A stretch of DNA of 56,132 nucleotides. Origin: a virus (taxonomy: Duplodnaviria; Caudoviricetes). The notes under the pieces were generated by a model. The model was not told the origin of the DNA. It saw only the letters and a program-made list of their open reading frames with translations, and did not search any database. A program made the position numbers and the translations under genes. Below, piece by piece: positions 1 through 9,100 of the stretch (positions within the stretch are counted from its first letter, which is position 1; every line of letters starts with the position of its first letter). Location of the stretch: positions 1 through 56,132 of the IMG/VR virus record IMGVR_UViG_3300013131_000051; one strand, 5' to 3'.

Positions 1-525
1 AAAAATCAAATTAGAAAAATGGTTTCCGATGGAATCAAAATTGATATGGTTGTTTTAGACTATATTGATTGTATTGTTCCTGACAAAAACTTAGGTGATG
101 AGTGGAAAAGTGAAGGATCTGTCATGAGAGCATTCGAGGCTATGTGTCACGAAATGAACTTAGTTGGATGGACCGCAACCCAAGGAAACAGGTCATCAAT
201 ATCTTCAGAAGTCGTGACGACAGACCAAATGGGTGGATCAATAAAAAAGGCACAAGTCGGACACGTTATTATCTCGGTGGCTAAAACATTGCAACAAAAA
301 GAATTAAAGTTGGCAACCATCGCAATAACAAAGTCTCGAATAGGTGATGATGGGATAGTGTTTGAAAATTGTAAATTCGATAATGCTATGATTGAAATTG
401 ATACTGAAAGCTCTATGACTTTCTTAGGGTTAGAAGAACAAAAAGAGGAAAGACAAAGACAAAGAGTTAGAGAGTTACTTGATAAAAGAAAACAAAAAGA
501 CTCTCAAAATCAAACAAATAATTAA
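1..525 (+). CDS. Replicative DNA helicase, DnaB/T4 gp41-like (C-terminal part, truncated by window start)
   Basis: Frame is open from base 1. SF4 helicase motifs VVLDYID (Walker B), WTATQGNR and KSRIG are present. Confidence 0.85.
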   Translation, partial: KNQIRKMVSDGIKIDMVVLDYIDCIVPDKNLGDEWKSEGSVMRAFEAMCHEMNLVGWTATQGNRSSISSEVVTTDQMGGSIKKAQVGHVIISVAKTLQQKELKLATIAITKSRIGDDGIVFENCKFDNAMIEIDTESSMTFLGLEEQKEERQRQRVRELLDKRKQKDSQNQTNN

Positions 526-540
526 TTAAAAAAAGTTAAA

Positions 541-3498
541 ATGGATATTTCGCAAAGAATATTAAGTGATATCACGGTGTATATGAAATACGCAAAGTTT
601 CTTCCTGAAAAAAACAGAAGAGAAACGTGGGAAGAATTGGTGACAAGAAACAAAGAAATGCATCAAAAAAAATACCCACAAATCAAAGATGAAATTGAAA
701 AAGTTTATAAAATGGTATATGATAAAAAAATCTTACCTTCAATGAGATCTTTACAATTTGGTGGAAAACCAATCGAAATTTCACCCAACAGAGTTTATAA
801 CTGTGCATACATGCCAATAGACCACCCTGATGCATTTTCAGAAACAATGTTTTTACTTTTAGGTGGTACTGGTGTTGGATTCTCAGTTCAAAAACATCAC
901 GTAGAAAAACTACCTGAAATTAAAAAACCAAATCCAAGTAGAACAAGAAGATATTTAATTGGGGATAGTATCGAAGGATGGGCAGACGCAATTAAGGTTC
1001 TTATCGAATCTTATTTAGGTGTTAAATCATCAACACCAATTTTTGACTTTTCAGATATTCGTCAGAAAGGTGCATTATTGGTTACTTCAGGTGGAAAAGC
1101 ACCTGGACCCCAACCATTAAAAGATTGTATTCATAACATTACCAAAGTATTTGAAAACAAAGTTGACGGTGAAAAACTTTCACCTATTGAAACCCACGAT
1201 ATCGTTTGTCATATTGCAGATGCGGTACTAGCAGGTGGTATTCGTAGAGCGGCTTTGATTTCATTATTTTCCGCTGATGATGATGAGATGATTTCTTGTA
1301 AAACAGGAAATTGGTGGGAATCAAATCCACAAAGAGGTAGAGCAAACAACTCGGCAGTTCTTCTTCGTCACAAAGTAACCAAAGAATACTTCATGGATCT
1401 TTGGAAACGAATTGAGTTGTCAGGAGCAGGAGAACCTGGAATTTACTTATCGAACGACAAAGATTGGGGAACTAATCCATCGTTAAGAGCCGGTACAAAA
1501 GTACTAACAACAGATGGTATTTTTCCAATCGAAGAACTTGAAGGTAAAAACTTCAAAGTTAAAAATTTGAATGGTGTTATTTCCGATGCTCGTTGTTGGT
1601 TATCTGGTCAAAATAAACAATTATGGAAATTAAAATTAGAGGACGGTACTGAATATTACGCCACACCAGAACACGAATGGCCGGTTTGGGATGGTGAAAA
1701 GTATGTCAAAGTTAAAACACCAGAATTAACAAATGGTGATAGATTACCAATTTTAAGAGAAGAAAAATTATTCGATGGTAATTTGGGTACATATAACGAT
1801 GGGTTTCTTTGTGGTTGGATCGTTGGTGATGGATGGACATCAACTAGAAAAGATTACACCGAATATGGTATGATTGTTTCTGACGATGATGACGAATCCA
1901 ACATTACTGAAACATTAGTAAATACAATAAAATTAAATGTCCCAAATTTTTCTGGTAATTTTAATAGAAGATTTAAAAAAACTTTTAATACCGAAGAAGA
2001 AGAAATGCAAATTATATTGGTTGAAACAAAAACTAAAGAAATTAGTATTAATAATAAATCCGTACATGATTATCTATCAAAGTTTGGTTCTTTAATAAAA
2101 AGTGAAGGATTACCAAAAAAAGTTTGGGCTGAGGGTACTGAAGAATTTAGAAAAGGTATCGTGGATGCCTTATTTAGTTCTGATGGACATATTGCAAAAA
2201 CACAAAAAAGATTAACATTTACCACAAAACACAAACAATTGGCTGAAGATGTGTCAGAATTATTAGGGTTTTACGGAATTAAAACTAAAATAAAAAAATC
2301 GACACAAAGTTTGGAAGGTTATGATTTGGAATACATAAGATATGATTTGAGAATTAGTGAAACGGCATCAATAAAACAATTCAGAAATATTTTTAAATTA
2401 ACAAACAAAAGAAAACAAGAGGTTTTAGATTGTTATGAATTTAGATATAATATTTTTGATGACAAACAAATTAAAGTTGAATCTGTCGAACCAACCGATT
2501 TTTACGAAGATGTTTGGGATATATCGGTATATGATGAAACACATTGTTTTCAAATATCAAAAGTTGTTACAGGTAATTGTTGTGAGATCGGTCTTCGACC
2601 ATATCAATTCTGTAACTTGTGTGAGGTAAATGCGTCTGACATTGAATCTCAAGAGGACTTTGAAAAACGAGTTAAAGGGGCTGCATTTATCGGAACACTC
2701 CAAGCAGGATATACTGACTTCCACTATCTTCGTGATGTTTGGAAAAGAACAACTGAAAAAGACGCTCTTATCGGAGTTGGTATGACAGGCATCGGATCAG
2801 GTATTGTTTTAGGTTATGATATGAAAGCTGCGGCAATTGCGGTTAAAGAAGAAAATGAAAGAGTTGCAAACCTTATCGGAATTAACAAGGCGGCAAGAAC
2901 AACAACAGTTAAACCATCAGGGACATCATCACTTGTATTAGGGACATCATCAGGAATTCACGCTTGGCATAATGATTATTATTTAAGACGAATTCGTGTT
3001 GGTAAAAACGAAGCAATCTATTCTTACTTGGCAATTAACCATCCTGAGTTAGTTGAAGATGAGTTCTTTAGACCTCATGACACTGCGGTAATTACAATTC
3101 CACAGAAGTCACCTGAAGGATCTATCCTTCGTCACGAGTCAGTATTCCAAATGTTGGAGCGTGTCAAAAAGGTATCACAAGAATGGATAAAATTTGGACA
3201 CAGAGGAGGTCAAAATTCACATAACGTATCTGCAACAGTTTCAATCAAAGAAAATGAGTGGGATTTAGTTGGTGATTGGATGTGGAATAACAGAAAATTC
3301 TATAATGGACTTTCAGTTCTTCCCTATAATGGTGGAACATACACTCAAGCACCTTTTGAAGATTGTACAGAAGAAGATTTTGACCGTTTAATCAAAACAT
3401 TATCAGATGTTGATTTAACAAAAGTAATTGAGTTACAAGATAATACAAACCTTAGTGGTGAAGCCGCTTGTGCGGGTGGCGCTTGTGAAATTGTGTAA
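541..3498 (+). CDS. nrdJ: Class II (adenosylcobalamin-dependent) ribonucleotide reductase, intein-containing
   Basis: Motifs PSMRSLQFGG, YNCAY, LLLGGTGVG, GGIRRAALI, GTNP/CCEI, CNLCEVN, TTVKPSGT and a C-terminal ACAGGACE cysteine pair. About 619 aa remain after removing the intein. Confidence 0.93.
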   Translation: MDISQRILSDITVYMKYAKFLPEKNRRETWEELVTRNKEMHQKKYPQIKDEIEKVYKMVYDKKILPSMRSLQFGGKPIEISPNRVYNCAYMPIDHPDAFSETMFLLLGGTGVGFSVQKHHVEKLPEIKKPNPSRTRRYLIGDSIEGWADAIKVLIESYLGVKSSTPIFDFSDIRQKGALLVTSGGKAPGPQPLKDCIHNITKVFENKVDGEKLSPIETHDIVCHIADAVLAGGIRRAALISLFSADDDEMISCKTGNWWESNPQRGRANNSAVLLRHKVTKEYFMDLWKRIELSGAGEPGIYLSNDKDWGTNPSLRAGTKVLTTDGIFPIEELEGKNFKVKNLNGVISDARCWLSGQNKQLWKLKLEDGTEYYATPEHEWPVWDGEKYVKVKTPELTNGDRLPILREEKLFDGNLGTYNDGFLCGWIVGDGWTSTRKDYTEYGMIVSDDDDESNITETLVNTIKLNVPNFSGNFNRRFKKTFNTEEEEMQIILVETKTKEISINNKSVHDYLSKFGSLIKSEGLPKKVWAEGTEEFRKGIVDALFSSDGHIAKTQKRLTFTTKHKQLAEDVSELLGFYGIKTKIKKSTQSLEGYDLEYIRYDLRISETASIKQFRNIFKLTNKRKQEVLDCYEFRYNIFDDKQIKVESVEPTDFYEDVWDISVYDETHCFQISKVVTGNCCEIGLRPYQFCNLCEVNASDIESQEDFEKRVKGAAFIGTLQAGYTDFHYLRDVWKRTTEKDALIGVGMTGIGSGIVLGYDMKAAAIAVKEENERVANLIGINKAARTTTVKPSGTSSLVLGTSSGIHAWHNDYYLRRIRVGKNEAIYSYLAINHPELVEDEFFRPHDTAVITIPQKSPEGSILRHESVFQMLERVKKVSQEWIKFGHRGGQNSHNVSATVSIKENEWDLVGDWMWNNRKFYNGLSVLPYNGGTYTQAPFEDCTEEDFDRLIKTLSDVDLTKVIELQDNTNLSGEAACAGGACEIV
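1480..2577 (+). mobile_element. Intein (366 aa) with LAGLIDADG homing endonuclease domain in nrdJ
   Basis: Splits GTNP|CCEI. Starts SLRAGTKVLT, has block B TPEHEW, LAGLIDADG motifs LCGWIVGDG and DALFSSDG, block F VWDISV, and ends VVTGN before Cys+1. Confidence 0.92.
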
Positions 3499-3500
3499 TT

Positions 3501-3728
3501 ATGACAGTAAGTGCGTCAAACGATTGGATACAACAGTTATATGTTCAGGAGAAAACAAAAAAATCTCCTGAACCTGACTTTTATAAAGATGAAAATGATA
3601 GGTTTGTAATGACTGAATCATTCCATATAAAAAGAGGTAGTTGTTGTGGGTCCAAGTGTAAACACTGTCCTTACGAACCAAAATATCAAAAAGGAACTCA
3701 ACAAATACAAAAATCACTACTCAGGTAG
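3501..3728 (+). CDS. Small Cys-rich protein, DUF5522-like
   Basis: Motif TESFHIKRGSCCGSKCKHCPY; starts 2 nt after the nrdJ stop. Confidence 0.7.
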   Translation: MTVSASNDWIQQLYVQEKTKKSPEPDFYKDENDRFVMTESFHIKRGSCCGSKCKHCPYEPKYQKGTQQIQKSLLR

Positions 3729-3740
3729 TGATTTTTTTTT
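3710..3740 (+). terminator. Rho-independent terminator ending the helicase-nrdJ unit
   Basis: Hairpin aatcactac-tcag-gtagtgatt followed by a T run. Confidence 0.8.
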
Positions 3741-3762
3741 TACTTAAAAAAAACTGAACTTA

Positions 3763-3770
3763 TATTTATA
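3763..3770 (+). promoter_or_regulatory. Candidate late promoter TATTTATA
   Basis: Lies 14 nt before the first baseplate gene. The TATTTAT core recurs before many structural genes. Confidence 0.5.
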
Positions 3771-3776
3771 TGTGAT

Positions 3777-4235
3777 ATGGCAAATGGTATTACTTATGGA
3801 ATTTCTTTTCCTTTTGTTGATTCTTTTACTGGAAGGTATTTAGATGTTACAAACTCAACCGAAGCGGAAATAAGGGCAAATTTAGTTCATTTACTTCTAA
3901 CAAGAAAAGGCTCAAGATATTATTTACCAAATTTTGGTACTAGATTATATGAATATATTTTTGAACCTCTTGATGGACCAACTTTTTCCGACATAGAATC
4001 TGAAATACGAGATACGGTTCAAACTTACATGCCAAATTTACAAGTAACAAATATAACTGTGGAACCGGCTTCAGCTGGTTTAGAAAACAAAGGTTACACT
4101 GTTAATAGCTCAGGAGAAAGAGAGTTTAAAGTAACAAACATCGCTAATTTAGAACACACCGCAAGAATTAAAATCGATTATAAAATTACAGATTCTGCCT
4201 TTGAATCTCAAGATTTTGTTATCCTAAATATTTAA
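3777..4235 (+). CDS. Baseplate wedge protein, GPW/gp25 family
   Basis: Motif LLLTRKGSRYYLPNFGTRLYEYIFEP is typical of gp25. Confidence 0.88.
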   Translation: MANGITYGISFPFVDSFTGRYLDVTNSTEAEIRANLVHLLLTRKGSRYYLPNFGTRLYEYIFEPLDGPTFSDIESEIRDTVQTYMPNLQVTNITVEPASAGLENKGYTVNSSGEREFKVTNIANLEHTARIKIDYKITDSAFESQDFVILNI

Positions 4236-4241
4236 TGATAT

Positions 4242-6083
4242 ATGGCAGAAAAAAAAATATCATATGTAGCTAGAGACTTTCAAGGAGTTAGAACTGAACT
4301 TATAAATTTTACAAGAACATACTATCCAGATTTAGTTCAAAATTTTAACGACGCTGGTATCTTTTCAGTAATGTTGGATTTAAATGCTGCCGTTACAGAT
4401 AATTTGAATTATCAGATAGACAGAAGTATTCAAGAAACCGTTTTACAATTCGCCCAACAAAAAAACTCTGTATACAATATTGCAAGAACTTACGGATTGA
4501 AAGTGCCAGGCCAAAGACCTTCAGTAGCATTAGTAGATTTTTCGATTACTGTTCCGGCTTTTGGAGATAGAGAAGATTTGAGATATTGTGGTATTCTGAG
4601 AAGAGGGTCTTTAGTTAATGGTGCGGGACAACCATTCGAAACAGTCTACGATATTGATTTTGCGTCACCAATAAATGCGGAAGGATCACCTAATAGAGTT
4701 AAAATTCCAAATTTTGACTCAAGTGGAAAATTAATTAATTATACTATTGTAAAAAGAGAAGTAGTTGTTAATGGAGTTACAAAAGTGTTTAAAAGAGTTA
4801 TAACACCAAATGATGTTAAACCTTATTTAGAATTGTTTCTTCCTGAAAAAAATATTCTCAATATAACAAGTGTTTTATTAAAACCTGGCACACAATATTC
4901 AACAACACCAAGCCCACAAGATTTTTTAAGTTTGGGTCCTGAGAGATGGTTTGAAGTGGACGCTTTGGTGCAAGATAGAATTTTTGTTGAAGACCCAACT
5001 AAAGTTTCTGATCAACCAGGTATTAAAGTTGGAAGATATATAACGACATCAAATAAATTTATTTCTGAATACACACCTCAAGGTTTTTGTAAATTAACTT
5101 TTGGCGGAGGAAATATTTCTGCAGAAGAGCAACTTCGAGAATTTGCAAGAGACGGCAAAGGATTTGATTTGAGTAGATACACCAACAATTACGCCATGGG
5201 GGCGGCACTTACACCCAACACTACTCTTTTTGTTCAATATAGAATTGGAGGAGGATTGGCTAGTAATGTTGGATTAAACACCATCAATCAAATTGGGACT
5301 ATTTCTTTTGCAGTAAATGGACCTTCGGATTCGGTAAATAGAAGTGTTATCAACAGTTTACAGTGTAATAATGTTACCGCAGCTATTGGTGGTGCTAATT
5401 TACCAACCACTGAAGATGTAAGAAACATGGTTTCTTTTAATTTTGCGGCGCAGAATAGGGCAGTTACAGTTAATGATTATAATTCTTTGATTAGGACTAT
5501 GCCATCTCAATTTGGTGCACCGGCTAAAGTTGCAATTACCGAAGAAAACAATAAAATAAGAATCAAGATGTTGTCTTATGATACTGAAGGTAGTTTATCA
5601 AATGTGGTATCAAACACTCTTAAACAAAATATTGCTAATTATCTTTCGAATTATAGAATGATAAATGATTATATATCTGTGGAAGCAGCAGAAACAATTG
5701 ATTTGGGTGTAACAGTAGATCTTGTACTTGATAACAGTCAAAACCAAGGGGCACTAATAACAAAGGCAATTCAGATTGTTTCAGAATATTTTAATCCGTT
5801 AGTAATTCAATTAGGACAGAATGTTAACATTTCTGAAATCAGAAGACTTCTTCAGTCAGAAAACGGAGTAGTAAGTGTTTCTGATATTTTATTTTTTAAT
5901 CAAGTTGGAGGACAGTATTCTTCAGCACAAACTTCAATGCCGTACTCGGATCCTTTGACAAAACAAATTCAACCTACGGCCGATACTATATTTGCAACCC
6001 CTACTCAAATATACCAAATAAGATTTCCCAACAAAGATATTAATATTAGAGTTTTAAACTTAAAATCGGTTAATTTTTCTTAG
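4242..6083 (+). CDS. Baseplate wedge subunit, T4 gp6/baseplate J-like
   Basis: N-terminal ARDFQGVRTELINF, YRIGGG and AQNRAVTVNDY motifs; follows gp25. Confidence 0.85.
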   Translation: MAEKKISYVARDFQGVRTELINFTRTYYPDLVQNFNDAGIFSVMLDLNAAVTDNLNYQIDRSIQETVLQFAQQKNSVYNIARTYGLKVPGQRPSVALVDFSITVPAFGDREDLRYCGILRRGSLVNGAGQPFETVYDIDFASPINAEGSPNRVKIPNFDSSGKLINYTIVKREVVVNGVTKVFKRVITPNDVKPYLELFLPEKNILNITSVLLKPGTQYSTTPSPQDFLSLGPERWFEVDALVQDRIFVEDPTKVSDQPGIKVGRYITTSNKFISEYTPQGFCKLTFGGGNISAEEQLREFARDGKGFDLSRYTNNYAMGAALTPNTTLFVQYRIGGGLASNVGLNTINQIGTISFAVNGPSDSVNRSVINSLQCNNVTAAIGGANLPTTEDVRNMVSFNFAAQNRAVTVNDYNSLIRTMPSQFGAPAKVAITEENNKIRIKMLSYDTEGSLSNVVSNTLKQNIANYLSNYRMINDYISVEAAETIDLGVTVDLVLDNSQNQGALITKAIQIVSEYFNPLVIQLGQNVNISEIRRLLQSENGVVSVSDILFFNQVGGQYSSAQTSMPYSDPLTKQIQPTADTIFATPTQIYQIRFPNKDINIRVLNLKSVNFS

Positions 6084-6160
6084 TGATTTATTTTTTTACG
6101 AATCGGACTATTTTTCTATGAAAATGGGAAATAAACTATTTATGAAAAAACGATTTTTTA

Positions 6161-9100
6161 ATGCCTAAATCATACAGAATAAGGACCGAAGTTGGTAGTG
6201 ATAAGTATATCAACGTGAATTTAGAACAAGATTGGGAATCTCTTGAAGTCTTATCCTTAAAGTTATTGGCGAATGATGTATACACTAGAATGTGTGCAGA
6301 TTATGGAGTTGTGGTTGGTAGAGTTTTTGTGAATAACGGATTTGGATTACCTAATGCTAAAATATCTGTTTTTATTCCGTTGGAAGATGCGGATGAATTA
6401 AATCCATCAATAACGGACATTTATCCCTACAAAACAATCACTGACACAAATGCGGAAGGATATAGATATAATTTATTACCAAAATTGCCATCTTACAGAG
6501 GACATCAATCAACAGGATCTTTTCCTAACATTTCGGATGTTTTAATGAGTGATACTTATATCGAAGTTTACGACAAATATTATAGATTTACAGTTAAAAC
6601 AAATGAAAGTGGAGATTTTATGATTTTTGGAGTTCCGATAGGAGTACAAAAAATAGTAATGGATATCGACCTTTCTGATATAGGATGTTTTTCATTACAT
6701 CCTCAAGACTTAGTCCAACAAGGTTTGGCAACTGAGTCTCAAGTTGACGGGGCAAAATACAAAACATCAACTAATTTAAGAGAATTACCGCAAATAAAAA
6801 ATTTAATTTTTGACGTTGATGTTGTGCCATTTTGGGGAGACCAAGATTTATGTCAAGTTGCAATCACCAGGGCAGATTTCGATTTAACAAAATTGGCTAA
6901 TATTAATATCCAACCCACAGCGATTTTTATGGGGTCAATCGTTTCCACAACAGATGACGACGCTTTGAAGGTGAGTTGTAAACCAAAAAATAATACTGGA
7001 AATTTATGTGAGTTAGTCTCAGGACCAGGTATAATTCAATCAATTAGACAGACCATTGATTCTGATGACCAAGGATTACCAATTTTAGAACAATACCAAA
7101 TTGGAGAGGGTGGTGAAGTAATTGATAGTGACGGAACTTTTTTAGTCAATATCCCAATGAACTTGGATTATGTATTCACCAACGAATTTGGTCAACAAAT
7201 AATATCTAACGACCCAAGTAAAGGAATACCTACAAAAGGAAAGTACCGATTTAGATTTAGGTGGCAAAACCAACAAGGTCTTCAAGGTAGTTTTTTAAGG
7301 GCAAATTTTTTAGTTCCGAATATAAAGGAATACGGATGGTCAAACTACACACAAGACCCATTCACAAATAGCTCAACCTCAACATATTCATATACACTAC
7401 CTATAGGAGTTGTAACGGGGGCAACTACAACAATAAATTTTAATCAAGGTTTAGCGGACCCAACAGCAGTTAATGTAACATCATATGTAATTTATATAAA
7501 TGGAGTTCCATACACAGGAACATTGAATGCGATTGCATTAAATGTTGGAGACACACTTCAAATTATTGCAAATCCTACAGATCCATCACAACCACAAATT
7601 ATAAACTTTAAACAATACCCACAATCATTGTTTGATGTTTATCGTTCTTATGCATTTAGTACTGATTGGGATGATTATGTAAATGTCCAAGAAGCTATAG
7701 ATTGTGAAGATACTTTCTATGAATTCCAATATAACAGAATATATACCACGGCAATGTTCCTTGACAGATACAAAAATGGTTTTGGAAGAGCCAAACATTT
7801 GGGTATAAAAGAAATAGACAATCGCACTTGTAAATCAACGGTAAATACATTTCCAGTAAACGACATTATAAGAAATTTTGATTTTATATTTTTTATTTTC
7901 AACATTCTTATAAACATTCTCACATTTCCAATACTTGTCTTGTTATTTGTGGCACACTTGATTGCACTTCTTTGGCCAATATTAAAATATGTGTTATTAT
8001 TTTTAGGTCCTTTTATAGTTGCAATGGGTGTAAAGGCTGGTGTGGACTTGGCTTATTACATTTTAAGTTTAACGGATGTAAACTTAGGGGGTCCAGTAAT
8101 TTCAGTAGCGACAATTTTACAAATTATAGGTCAAAGTCTCTATGTGTTAGCAACAGTGGCTGCTGGTATAGCATTTACAATATTTTATACAAAATTTTTT
8201 ATCAACAATACTAAAAATGGTAGAATAGATAATTTCCCAAGAATAGGACTGCCAATGATTGCATATCCAGATTGTACAAGTTGTGAGTGTCAATGTGGTA
8301 ACGCTAGTTTGGATGATGATTTTGATGAAAACACAATTCAACAAGAAGTCCAAGACGCTCAAAATGGATTGAGTGGAAGTGGATCTGGTGGTTTTGACTT
8401 AACGGTGACTCAACCAAATTCACTAATTGCCCCATTGAATTCACCACAATCTTACGTAATAAGTCATCCAAATTTTGAAAATGATGCAAACGGAAATGAT
8501 CCTTATGACTGCGGAGGTCTTAATCCTTTATTTGAATCATTCACAACTTTGATTACTAACGATGATATTTCACAAGATGTTGTAGTCAGAGCCGTCTTAG
8601 ACTTCCAAAGAATGTTTTCGGGATATGATGTTTTGTCATCTACAGATCCGAACAAATACATATCGAATGAAAAATATTTATTAAAATCACCACAACCTTT
8701 TTTATTTTCCGCTAGAAAAGTAGGTGGTAATAATTTGTCTGATAGAAGATTTTTTGCTTACCCTACGGCAATAACTTTAGCCCAAATACTAAACGAATTT
8801 AACACAAGAGATAAATATTTCTACAATGGAACATCAAACGTAGTTAATTCAGGTGTAAATAAAATCAAAACACTTGTAAACCCAACTTCAGGTTCCACTC
8901 CTTTTGAAGATCAAGTTGTTGTTATACTAATGAACGCAGGAAGCGCATCACAAATTGGTTCGGGAAATCTATTAACATTTCAAAATCCTTTGTCAACAAA
9001 TAGTGGTCCAATATCAAGAACGATTAATTTGACAGGGGCAACTTTAAACCAATTCCAAAATAATGCAATCACTGGTGTAACTACAACTGGAATAACATCA

